Of a stretch of DNA of 64,000 bases, positions 41,478 through 53,203 are shown piece by piece. The stretch is from an uncultured delta proteobacterium (lineage in GTDB: Bacteria; Desulfobacterota; Binatia; UBA9968): contig CAVYTU010000013.1 of the NCBI GenBank assembly GCA_963771465.1, forward strand, positions 288,001 to 352,000. The letters run 5' to 3'. Both the position numbers and the translations under genes were made by a program. Under the pieces are notes generated by a model, which was given only the letters and a program-made list of their open reading frames with translations, was not told the DNA's origin and searched no databases. How positions within the stretch are numbered: position 1 is the first letter of the stretch; every line of letters starts with the position of its first letter.

Positions 41478-42511
41478 GGAGTATTCGCTCCTAGTTCCCG
41501 CGCAGTGGTGCGCAATGCGTCGCAGGTGCGGTCGTCGACATGCAGCCCCTCGGCGGTGTGTTTCTCGTAAGCCAGCCAACGACGATCACCGGGGACGATG
41601 GACTCGTCCGTACCGGATGTGTGAACTGTCGATTGCATGAAACCGACCAAGGCTTCGATACGTTTGAAGTATGTTCTGCGCGAGATGAAGGCGTCAATAT
41701 CCAGGGCCACAAAAGTATGCCCGACTCCATTGGGCCGCGAGAAGTTTTCATAGATCGAGGCGACTTCATGGGAGATCGCCGCTCCTGTGATAACCCCGCT
41801 CAGAATCTCAACCATGATACTCAGTGCGAAACCCCTCGATCCACCCATGGGCTCTAGAACTCCGGACACCGCTGCGCGCGCGTCCTTTACAGCCCGACCA
41901 TCAGCATCTCGGGCGATGCCGGAGGACAACGCTTCTCCTTTTTCCGCCGCTCGACGAACTTTAGAGCCCGCCGATGCGCTCGTAGACAAGTCTACGAGGA
42001 TCGCGCGTCCCGACAGACGCGGCGCGCCGAGGGCGATGGGATTCGTACCCAATAGAGGGACTTTACTAACGGCGGGCGCGACCCGTGGCGCTGCATTACT
42101 AAAAGCCAACCCCAAGTATCCTTTTTCCGCCGCTAAGTTGACGTAATACGCAGCTGGTCCAAAGTGGTTGCTCCGTTTCACCCCGACCACTCCGACGCCG
42201 AAATCGGTCGCGAGTCGTATTGCCCGACGCATCGCCAGTTGCCCGATCACCTGCCCGAAGCCGTTACGCCCATCGACTAACGATACGGCTTTTCTGCGCG
42301 TGGCCGTGTAGGCGTGACATGGCGACCTGATCAAGCCATGCTTAAAGCGTTTAAGATAGGTAGGAAGCCGCCACACTCCCTGCTCGGGGCGGCTTATCAT
42401 GTCGGACCAGACCAGTACTTTCGCTAGCACGGCTGCCTCCTTTGGGTCTACCCCCGCGTGACAGGCCAACGACTCGATCCAGGTCTGAAATGTTTCTCGC
42501 TGGAACTTCAC
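41471..42511 (-). CDS. Ldh_2 family (malate/L-lactate/sulfolactate) dehydrogenase
   Basis: VDGRNGFGQV, SNHFGPAAYY, LGTNPIA, MVEILSGVITG, VPGD. Confidence 0.88.
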   Translation of the reverse strand: MKFQRETFQTWIESLACHAGVDPKEAAVLAKVLVWSDMISRPEQGVWRLPTYLKRFKHGLIRSPCHAYTATRRKAVSLVDGRNGFGQVIGQLAMRRAIRLATDFGVGVVGVKRSNHFGPAAYYVNLAAEKGYLGLAFSNAAPRVAPAVSKVPLLGTNPIALGAPRLSGRAILVDLSTSASAGSKVRRAAEKGEALSSGIARDADGRAVKDARAAVSGVLEPMGGSRGFALSIMVEILSGVITGAAISHEVASIYENFSRPNGVGHTFVALDIDAFISRRTYFKRIEALVGFMQSTVHTSGTDESIVPGDRRWLAYEKHTAEGLHVDDRTCDALRTTARELGANTPW

Positions 42512-42930
42512 AAATTATCATTCCGAACAATACGAAAATCACTTAATGTGCCGGAGTTAGCGACGCCATGTCGATGGTGCTGAGAAGCGTTGTGAACGAA
42601 AACGCTTAACTTTGAAAATCTGCGTGTCATTCGAAACGACTGTACAAGTCAACACATCATCCGACAGTAGATTGCCACCTCGTTCTTGAGCAGACTTATC
42701 ACGCACAAGGCAATTGCAAAAACGATTATTTACAGCAGAAGAGAATGCAAATCTGTCGAAGTGACAAGCCCGAAATTCGGCTTAAGATTGAACTGTATAG
42801 ACGCTTCAGTTCGAATCATTAGGTGCCAGTGATCGACTGTTTGTTTAGCGAGGTTCTGAGGAGGTTCGTCTGAACTTTGAACGCTTAAACCTTGGACTGT
42901 TCCGAAGTTTGGAACGTTTTGAACAAATCC

Positions 42931-43917
42931 TCAGATGTTAAGTTCCTTCGACCGATCGTAATCATGTCTGCCGCCGGCAACTGCTCCCAAAGGAAAAATT
43001 TCATTGATGGCAGCAAGCTCGTCAGCGTTCAGTGAGATTTCCGCCGCTGCGGCATTGGCTTCCAGATTGGCGATCTGATAGGTGCCGGGAATCGGCACGA
43101 AGAAATCGCCTTGATGGAGAATCCACGCCAGCGCCAGCTGCGCGACGGAACATTTTTTTGAATCGGCGATTTGTTCCAACTCTTTGAGCAAACCAACATT
43201 GCGCGCAAAGTTCTGCTCGTGAAAGCGCGGCCCGCGCCGTTTCGCTTCCGCCGCGCCGAGCTGTGCGAAGTCGCGCCATTTCCCGCTCAAGAAGCCGCGC
43301 CCCAGCGCGTAGTACGCAACGTAGCCGATACCCAGCTCGCGGCAGACGGGTATCGTGTTGGCTTCATAGTCGCGCGTCCAAAGCGAGTATTCACTCTGGA
43401 CGGCGGCGATCGGATGCACCGCGTTGGCCCGGCGCAATGTTTGCGGCCCCGCTTCGCTCAAACCGAGATGGCGAACCTTGCCTTGCTCGACAAGCTTCGC
43501 CATGGCGCCAACGGTGTCTTCGATCGGCACTTTGGGATCGACACGGTGCAAGTAATAAAGATCAATATAGTCGGTTTGCAGACGCTCGAGCGAATGATCG
43601 CAGGCCCACGCGACATACTCCGGCTTGCCCTCGACTGCGCGGCCATTCGCCCACGGCTGGCCGCGCAGGTTGCCGAATTTGGTCGTGAGCACGACCTCGC
43701 CGCGCCGATGCTTCAATACCTTGGCGAGAATCTCTTCGTTGTTGCCGTTGTTATGATCGGCGCTGTCGATGAAGTTGATGCCGATGTCGATGGCGCGGTG
43801 CAACACCCGAATCGCATGGGTTTCTTCGGCGTCGCTCAGTTTGCCCTGAAACGGCGGACAGCCGTAACCGATGGCGGAAACTTTCAATCTGTCTTTGCCA
43901 AGGAAACGATCCTTCAT
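42931..43917 (-). CDS. aldo/keto reductase
   Basis: VSAIGYGC, SLERLQTDYIDLYYLHR, GKVRHLGLSE, QSEYSLWTR, AQLALAW, PIPGT. Confidence 0.93.
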   Translation of the reverse strand: MKDRFLGKDRLKVSAIGYGCPPFQGKLSDAEETHAIRVLHRAIDIGINFIDSADHNNGNNEEILAKVLKHRRGEVVLTTKFGNLRGQPWANGRAVEGKPEYVAWACDHSLERLQTDYIDLYYLHRVDPKVPIEDTVGAMAKLVEQGKVRHLGLSEAGPQTLRRANAVHPIAAVQSEYSLWTRDYEANTIPVCRELGIGYVAYYALGRGFLSGKWRDFAQLGAAEAKRRGPRFHEQNFARNVGLLKELEQIADSKKCSVAQLALAWILHQGDFFVPIPGTYQIANLEANAAAAEISLNADELAAINEIFPLGAVAGGRHDYDRSKELNI

Positions 43918-44000
43918 AAGAATTCCTCTATTGGGTTCGATAATGATCTCTCACTCGACCCACACATTCACTCCAACTTTCGCATCCGGGGTAGTGCAGG

Positions 44001-44053
44001 CGTTAACATCGTGCTGTGAACGTCGTTTACACCTGATGTAAACAGCGTTTACA
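44001..44053. promoter_or_regulatory. phased repeated operator/UAS sites
   Basis: CGTT(A/T)ACA at 44001, 44024 and 44046; the last forms the palindrome TGTAAAC-AGC-GTTTACA. Confidence 0.55.
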
Positions 44054-44134
44054 GTGAATTGCGAAAATTCCATCCTGCGTTGGCCGCTCTACCCGAGGCA
44101 CACGGACGTAATCGCTACAATTGCCGCGCAAAAA

Positions 44135-44150
44135 TTGGCACGACTCATGC
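44135..44150 (+). promoter_or_regulatory. sigma54 (-24/-12) promoter upstream of the OsmC-family gene
   Basis: TTGGCACGACTCATGC: consensus TGGCACG and GG-N10-GC spacing. Confidence 0.65.
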
Positions 44151-44308
44151 GTTATTGTGGAAGCCAGTCTGCATTACTGTATGTTTCAACCGTCGGACAA
44201 TCGCGTCAGCCGAGCAGTATTGAGCGTAAGCAGTGCCGCCGCAATTGGTGACCCACCGAGTGAGCATTCGAGCGCAGCAACACTTGACGAAAGGAAAGCC
44301 CACAGTCC

Positions 44309-44855
44309 ATGAACGACCGGATCAACGGCTTTCAGCGTGACGATCTCGAACGATTGAAAAAAGAGCTGAACGCCAACCCGGACACCGGGATATTTCAAAT
44401 TACGCGCGAAAAATCGTTGGATCGATGGCACCCAAAGCCTTAGCCTAGTCAGCAGTTTCTACGGCATGTGCCGCGAGTTTAGCGTGCGCAGCACGCCGTT
44501 TATTCAAACCACAGACGCGCCGCCGGTACTATTGGGCAAGGATCTCGGGCCGACGCCGATGGAAGAGCTGCTCGTCGCGCTCGCCGCATCCATAACCATG
44601 ACACTCGCCTATCGTGCCGCGGTGGCGGGCATCGAAGTTGAAGAGATTGAGTGCGAAGTAGAAGGGGATATGAATCTTCATAGCGTCGTGGATCCGGCGA
44701 TCAGCGGAGCGCAAGGTTTTGATCAAATCCGCGTCACGGTCCGCGTCAAGTCGGCGGCGAGTGAAGAACAAATAGCCGCTCTATGCGCTTCGTCCCCGGT
44801 CTTGGCGTCGCTCAAACGGCCGATCCCGGTTTCGATTTCGGTGAAAAAGGATTAG
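44309..44855 (+). CDS. OsmC family protein, frameshifted near 44400
   Basis: MNDRING...TGIFQ continues in another frame as LRAKNRWIDGTQS...DAPPVLLGKDLGPTPMEELLVALAA...GFDQIRV. Confidence 0.8.
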
Positions 44856-44928
44856 CCGGCCAGCTTCGGAGTTAAAACTATCATTCTTTGGGTACTTCGC
44901 GCTCCCGGCGGTTAACGTTCCGAATTCT

Positions 44929-46395
44929 TTACTTCAGCAGATAGCCGAACATCTCGCGCGCTTTGCGGGTGACTTCTTGGCTCGGGGCGTTGACCTTGGG
45001 GAATTTATCGCGCCACTCGTAGGGCCGGGTGGCGTCGATGACCATTCTAGAATTGGTAAAGTCGCGGACCTTACGCTGCTCCGGGGTCAGGCGCGGATCG
45101 GCCGGGGTGCTGCGCATGCGCCTTAGGATATCCACCGAAGTCGCCGGGTCGGAGCGTGATAACATCGCCCACATCAGCTGGTCGAGATTCGACACGTCGA
45201 TGTCGTCGTCGACGACGATCACCATTTTCAAGCCATAGACACTGGCGCCGCAGCTCGCGGCCAACACACCGACCTGCTTGGCGTGGCCCGGATAACGCTG
45301 CTTGATCGCCACCGCGACCAGCATGCGCGATGCGCCTATCTCATGGGGCCAGACTTGGGTGACGTCGGGGACACCGGTATTGCGCAGTTGCTGTTTGAGC
45401 ATCGCCGAGCGCATGATCGCGCGGTAGCGCGCCATCTCATCCGAGCCGCCGCCGATGGGCGGCACGCCGAGAATGATCGGATCGTTACGGTGATAGATCG
45501 CCTCGATTTCCAAAACGGGTTGCGCGCTTTCGTCCGAAGCGTAGTAGCCGGCCCACTCACCGAACGGACCTTCGAACTTGCGATTGTCGTTGTTCAAAAA
45601 ACCTTCGAAGACGATTTCTGAGTTGGCCGGAAACGGTAGCCCAGTAATCTTGCCGCGCACGCATTCCACCGGCTTGCCACGCATGCCGCCGACGACATCG
45701 TACTCGCAGACACCGTACGGATGCTCGGTGCCGGCCATGAAAAAAAACAGCGGATCGCCGCCGAGCACCAACGCCATCGGCATTTTTTCGCCCTTGCTAA
45801 AATATTTTTCCCGGTGCATGTAGCCATGCTTGCCGGGCACCATGAGCAAACTTACGGTTTTCTTGTCCTGAATCATCGCCCGGTAGCAGCCGGCATTGAT
45901 CCATTTCTCGTCCGGGTCCATGGTGACGGAATAGCAGCCCGTGCCGATGTAACGACCGCCGTCGCCGACATGCCAGATCGGCGTGGGAAATTTTTCGACG
46001 TCGACGTTAGCTTTTTGGATAACGTTCTCAAAAACCGGCCCGTTGTCGACGAACACGGGAGGAATATTTTGCGGCGTTTTTTGATAATGGTCGAAGTAAG
46101 CGTCGCTCAATTCTTGTTTAGTCAAACCCTGTGGAAAACCGAATGTCATCGCGCGGCGTTTGCCGGCAAACGTGTTGATGATCACGCGAAAGCCCTTCGG
46201 ACAACCCGGCACCTCGTCGAAGACCACCGCCGGCCCGTCGTCGGGCGGCACGACAACATCGGTGGCGAGGCCGATCTCTTCCTGCCACGACGCGCCGCGC
46301 ACAATCTTGAGCTCACCGAGTTTCTCGGCTTCAGCCATCCACTCGCGCAAATCGGTAAATGCCAATTGCGGTTGGATCTTTGAGCTGTCGAACAT
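44929..46395 (-). CDS. UbiD family prFMN-dependent decarboxylase
   Basis: DLREW, GGRYIGT, EGPFGEWAGYY, VIVVDDDIDVSN, MVIDATRP. Confidence 0.92.
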   Translation of the reverse strand: MFDSSKIQPQLAFTDLREWMAEAEKLGELKIVRGASWQEEIGLATDVVVPPDDGPAVVFDEVPGCPKGFRVIINTFAGKRRAMTFGFPQGLTKQELSDAYFDHYQKTPQNIPPVFVDNGPVFENVIQKANVDVEKFPTPIWHVGDGGRYIGTGCYSVTMDPDEKWINAGCYRAMIQDKKTVSLLMVPGKHGYMHREKYFSKGEKMPMALVLGGDPLFFFMAGTEHPYGVCEYDVVGGMRGKPVECVRGKITGLPFPANSEIVFEGFLNNDNRKFEGPFGEWAGYYASDESAQPVLEIEAIYHRNDPIILGVPPIGGGSDEMARYRAIMRSAMLKQQLRNTGVPDVTQVWPHEIGASRMLVAVAIKQRYPGHAKQVGVLAASCGASVYGLKMVIVVDDDIDVSNLDQLMWAMLSRSDPATSVDILRRMRSTPADPRLTPEQRKVRDFTNSRMVIDATRPYEWRDKFPKVNAPSQEVTRKAREMFGYLLK

Positions 46396-46529
46396 GGGTC
46401 CCCTCCGATCACGACTTCCTTGTCAGCCATATCGCCAAGAATCGGCGCCGCTGTCAACTCCGCTAGTACGGCCACGTTGAATGTCAACACGCATAGCCCA
46501 GCGAGCGATCTTGCCTTGGCCATGACAGA

Positions 46530-47159
46530 ATGCGAAATTACCTCTACATGACCAATCGACCCAACATAACCAGGCGAAGGTTTCTGGTATCGTCGTTCCT
46601 GATCCTACCCGAGTTGGAACTCGCAGGATCGTTCTTCGATTGGCAAACGCTTGCGGCAACGCGAGAGCTGCAAGCGACGCCATCCTGCGGCGATGCTGAC
46701 GGCACGACGCCCCAGCAAACTGCCGGCCCGTTCTTCAAGCCGCGCTCGCCGGAACGGAAGTCCTTGCTCGAAGCGGGTATCCGAGGAAGCAGAATCATCC
46801 TGGAAGGCTTGGTGCGCTCAACCAAGTGTCAACCGATCCATAACGCACTGGTGGACTTCTGGCAGGCTGACGCAAACGGCGACTACGACAATAGCGGGTT
46901 TAGGCTGCGCGGCCACCAGTTTACCGACGGAGCCGGCAGATATCGCCTAGATACCATCGTGCCGGGAGTCTATCCCGGACGGACGCGACATATTCACGTC
47001 CGCGTGCAAGCGCCTAACGGTCCGCTGCTCACGACCCAACTCTATTTTCCCGGCGAAACGGAAAACCGCCGCGACGGGATATTCAATGCCAAACTACTAA
47101 TGGCTGTGAACGACTCGGCAAACGTGAAGGCAGCCAACTTTGACTTCGTATTACGATAG
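46530..47159 (+). CDS. intradiol ring-cleavage dioxygenase family protein (possible Tat signal)
   Basis: TRRRFL, TAGPFF, VDFWQADANGDY, LRGHQFTD, PGVYPGRTRHIH, TTQLYF. Confidence 0.88.
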   Translation: MRNYLYMTNRPNITRRRFLVSSFLILPELELAGSFFDWQTLAATRELQATPSCGDADGTTPQQTAGPFFKPRSPERKSLLEAGIRGSRIILEGLVRSTKCQPIHNALVDFWQADANGDYDNSGFRLRGHQFTDGAGRYRLDTIVPGVYPGRTRHIHVRVQAPNGPLLTTQLYFPGETENRRDGIFNAKLLMAVNDSANVKAANFDFVLR

Positions 47160-47293
47160 CTGAAATTTTTCGTGGCTCACACCAACTTTCAGTGCCAATG
47201 GTCCTGGAAACCCCAACGTTGACTGCGATTTTGAAATAGGAAAGAATCGCTCCCATCAAGAACCGCGTTGATCAAACGAGCGAGGAATCCCTA

Positions 47294-48361
47294 ATGATTA
47301 TCGATGCTGATGCCCACGTTGTCGAAACCGAGCAAACCTGGAGCTACATGGACGGCGCCGACAAGAAATTTCGCCCCCAGCTTTTCAGCTCGGCGGACAA
47401 TCCCAATATGCAGTATTGGTTTTGCGAGGGAAAGTCCGTCGGCTTTCGGCCGCCGACGCTGACCGAACAGGAGCTGATCGCGTTGTCCAAAGAAACCGGC
47501 CGCGAGCTCAAGACCGCCGCCGGCGCGCGCGAGCTGCGCGATATTGAATTGCGTTTGCAGCATATGGACAAGCTCGGCATCGACGTCCAGATCCTGTTCA
47601 ACACCATGTGGATCGCACGCGTCGCCGACAAGGCCGAAGCCGAGATCGCTCTGTGCAGCTCTTGGAACCGCTGGATGGCCGACATGTGGCAGGCCGGCAA
47701 AAATCGCCTGCGCTGGTCCTGCGTCGTGCCGGCGATGACGCTCAGCGAAGCGGTGCAGCAAATGCGCTTCGCCAAGGAGCATGGCGCCGTGGCCGTCAGC
47801 TTGCGCCCGTTCGAAGACGACAAACATCTTGTCGATCCGTATTTTTATCCGATCTACGAAGAAGCGACGCGGCTCAATCTTGCCGTTGCCGTGCATATCG
47901 CCAACGGCAGCCCGCAGCTGCTGGATCAATTCAAGCCGCGCTACGACAAGATGGGCGGCTTCGCGCAGTTCCGCATTCCCACCGTCATCACTTGTCTATC
48001 GTTGATGATGAGCGACGTGCCGAAAACATTTTCCAAGCTCAACTGGAGCTTCGTCGAAGCGTCGGCCCAATGGGTGCCTTGGGTGGTCAAAGAAGCGACG
48101 CGCCGTTCGGGCAGCAAAGGTTTTCCCAAACTGCCGTTTAAGGATTTTAATATTTACGTCACCACGGAAACCAACGACGACTTCGACTTCGTGCTGCGCT
48201 ACGCCGGCGAAGACAACATCGTGATCGGCACCGACTACGGCCACACCGACGCCTCGAGCGAAGTCGACGCCATCGATATTTTCCGCGCTAACAAAGAAGT
48301 CGCCGATCCGGTGAAGAAAAAAATCTTGGACGACAACCCGCGCCGGCTGTACGCGTTATAA
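47294..48361 (+). CDS. amidohydrolase_2 family protein
   Basis: IIDADAHVVE, DPYFYPIYEEA, VHI, IGTDYGHTD, ILDDNPRRLY. Confidence 0.9.
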   Translation: MIIDADAHVVETEQTWSYMDGADKKFRPQLFSSADNPNMQYWFCEGKSVGFRPPTLTEQELIALSKETGRELKTAAGARELRDIELRLQHMDKLGIDVQILFNTMWIARVADKAEAEIALCSSWNRWMADMWQAGKNRLRWSCVVPAMTLSEAVQQMRFAKEHGAVAVSLRPFEDDKHLVDPYFYPIYEEATRLNLAVAVHIANGSPQLLDQFKPRYDKMGGFAQFRIPTVITCLSLMMSDVPKTFSKLNWSFVEASAQWVPWVVKEATRRSGSKGFPKLPFKDFNIYVTTETNDDFDFVLRYAGEDNIVIGTDYGHTDASSEVDAIDIFRANKEVADPVKKKILDDNPRRLYAL

Positions 48362-48500
48362 GAATGTATCGTTCGCAAAGAACGCATAGGACCAAAAAAT
48401 AGAAATTTGAATCTACGCGGCTATTTAGTTCTGGTGAATTTACCCCTGGGGCAACGTCGCGAGCACTCCAGTGAATCGGCTTTCCTTTAACGTTTCACCC

Positions 48501-50892
<2,392 letters not shown>

Positions 50893-50967
50893 CACCGACG
50901 AGACAAAGGTTCGGCGAGAAAATGTTTTCGCCATGCGCCGGCTTAGCATTGACCGCGGCCGGTTATT

Positions 50968-52032
50968 CTATAGGCCATAGAATGTCCGGGAATTGCGCTC
51001 GAGAATTTTCTCCGCCTGAGCGTTAGTGATTCTGCCTTCGTCCACCCAGCCGCGAACTTCGTCGAGCGCGCTCAGGTTGGCGGAGATGTCGGTGTGGCTG
51101 TAATCGGTGCCGATCATTAGGTTATCTTCGGTGCCGAACTTCAGTAAAGACTCGATGTCGTCGATGGGGTCGATGGTGACGAATAACCGATTGGCGCGAA
51201 ACAGTTCCGGTTCGAGTTCAAACAGACGGGGCAATCGCGTCTGTTGCCCGCGCAGCGCTTGGCGTTTTACCGCGCCCAATTGGGATATCGTATAGGGAAT
51301 CCACGAAGCTCCCGACTCGATCAATCCAAACCGCAGTCTCGGGAACTGCTTGGCAACTCCGGAACTCACCAGTGCGGCACAGGAGTACATTATCGGGAAG
51401 CCTCTATCCCATTCATGTCCCGGCAGCGGATGGCCGGTGTGGATGCACACGGGCAGGCCGAGGGCGCTGGCTTCTTCGTAAATTGGAAAAAAGTGCGGGT
51501 CGGTGACAGTCCTGTCGAGGTCAAAGCCGCGCTTGAAGATGGCGCAGGCGCCGTGCTCCTTCGCCCAGCGCAACTCGTCAACGGCTTTTTCAGGTCGAAG
51601 TAGCGGCAGCACGGCGGCCCATTGAAGGCGCCCGTTGGTTTGCGCACATTTCTCTGCCAGCCAGCGGTTGTAGGTCGTGGTCAGCGCCCATTCCGCTTCC
51701 GCGTTGTTGGTGTTGTAGCGGATGAAGAAAGTCGGGAAGATGACCTGCACCGCTACGCCCATCTTGTCCATGTGGGCCAGGCGTCCCGCCACGTCTTCGA
51801 GCTCACGAAAAACGCGCAGAGGATGATTGACCTCATCTCGGATGGCCCGGTTTTGCAACCTGCCTTCAACGACCCAGCAGCGGCGGTTGGTGGCGTTAAA
51901 GCCGGCGCGTTTGGCCTCGTCCGGTGGCAGTGACGTGGTCACCGGTATGTACTTCGCATAGGGAGTCCCATCCAACTTCTTCCAGGTGTCTTCGGACTCG
52001 TCAACGTGAGTATCGGCATCGATCATTGACAT
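50968..52032 (-). CDS. amidohydrolase_2 family protein
   Basis: IDADTHVDE, DPHFFPIYEEA, CIHTG, IGTDYSHTD. Confidence 0.9.
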   Translation of the reverse strand: MSMIDADTHVDESEDTWKKLDGTPYAKYIPVTTSLPPDEAKRAGFNATNRRCWVVEGRLQNRAIRDEVNHPLRVFRELEDVAGRLAHMDKMGVAVQVIFPTFFIRYNTNNAEAEWALTTTYNRWLAEKCAQTNGRLQWAAVLPLLRPEKAVDELRWAKEHGACAIFKRGFDLDRTVTDPHFFPIYEEASALGLPVCIHTGHPLPGHEWDRGFPIMYSCAALVSSGVAKQFPRLRFGLIESGASWIPYTISQLGAVKRQALRGQQTRLPRLFELEPELFRANRLFVTIDPIDDIESLLKFGTEDNLMIGTDYSHTDISANLSALDEVRGWVDEGRITNAQAEKILERNSRTFYGL

Positions 52033-52117
52033 GGAAAATCCTCCGCAAATAGTTCGCGAGCCATACGTCGCTCAGATGTTCTGAATACGGTTATAGCGTC
52101 TCGATTTCTCTGTCAAA

Positions 52118-52504
52118 TCAGGCGACCTTGGCGCCGCGATCGAGCAGCAGCTGTCGAAGCACGGACCGATGGCAGTGGGACTCAATTTCGCAATAGCAGC
52201 CCACCGAGAATTGCGCTCCATGTGACAGCGCAGCGAGTAGATCGAGGACTCTGCTATTTTCGGGCCTTGCCATCTCAGCGCGATAGCGCTTTACAAATTT
52301 AGCCCACTGACGCTCGCTGTCAGCGCTCAGTGCCAGTTTCACCGTCGCCGGCAAAGGCGCGAGGTTGGGAAACCAGACATCGTACCAGTTGCCAGACGAG
52401 AATTTAGCTTTGGAAACTCCCCGCGGCGGGCGCCGCACTGTGCCGATGCGCAATCCTTCATTAGGAGTTCTTTCACTACCAAGACGGACGATTCGGATGG
52501 CCAT
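52118..52504 (-). CDS. DUF488 (YeaO-like) protein
   Basis: RIGTVRRPPRGV, WFPNLAP, FVKRYRAEM, CYCEIESHCHRSVL. Confidence 0.85.
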   Translation of the reverse strand: MAIRIVRLGSERTPNEGLRIGTVRRPPRGVSKAKFSSGNWYDVWFPNLAPLPATVKLALSADSERQWAKFVKRYRAEMARPENSRVLDLLAALSHGAQFSVGCYCEIESHCHRSVLRQLLLDRGAKVA

Positions 52505-52617
52505 GTATTCTCGACTTTCGCGCTGGGTTCAGCGCATCGGAAAAAACTCAGTTACTTGGATCAATTCAAACTAGATGTTTTGAAGGATGGGTGCCGCGAT
52601 ACCCGTTATATGTTTCG

Positions 52618-52995
52618 CTATCCGTCAGCGCCGCATGTGAGATAGCGCCATCGCATGGGAAGAATTTCGCGTGTAAGTGGGTTGAGCATGAAGCCGAGGG
52701 TTTCGAGCGTGACCGCGCCGAGCAATGCGCCGTCGTTTTTGTCGCCGAGCACAACCGGAGATGTGGCCGACTCGCCACGAATCTCGAACCAACACTCGGA
52801 AACGCCGCGTGTGATGGCCGTGCCATCCGCCAAAGTGAATTCGACCTGGCGCTGCGGTTTGAGCCGCAGCGCCCGCCAGATTTTCTCGGGCACTACGGAG
52901 TAGATCGCGCCCGAGTCGACGAGAAACCGCACGTCTCGTGAAGGACCTCGACCGGCAGACTTGCGAAGTCGCGCATGCACATAGGTAAGACCCAT
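52618..52995 (-). CDS. small clan AA (retropepsin-like) aspartyl protease
   Basis: FLVDSGAIYSVV, FTLADG, LLGAVTLETLG; the last few codons may be frameshifted. Confidence 0.82.
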   Translation of the reverse strand: MGLTYVHARLRKSAGRGPSRDVRFLVDSGAIYSVVPEKIWRALRLKPQRQVEFTLADGTAITRGVSECWFEIRGESATSPVVLGDKNDGALLGAVTLETLGFMLNPLTREILPMRWRYLTCGADG

Positions 52996-53203
52996 ACAAT
53001 AATCCTATAGCACGGCCAATTTGCGGTCAACTACAGTCGGTGCCATTGAGTTTCGCAGGATTGTTGAGGTCACTCGGCTGATCCAATCAGCGCCGCGATG
53101 GCTATTTTATAAATAGTTTCTTTTACGCAGCCGTTTGACTTGCGTGGCGGCTAATCAATATTCAGCCGAGCTGAAAAGCGTTCAAATCAAGGATTGCGCT
53201 GCC

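Noticed and set aside
44015-44053. TyrR box
   Set aside because: The spacer is 5 bp rather than the 6 bp of TGTAAA-N6-TTTACA; kept only as an unassigned operator
52118-52995. Toxin-antitoxin or defence pair (DUF488 + aspartyl protease)
   Set aside because: The genes are over 100 bp apart, both are common stand-alone small genes, and no toxin motif is visible
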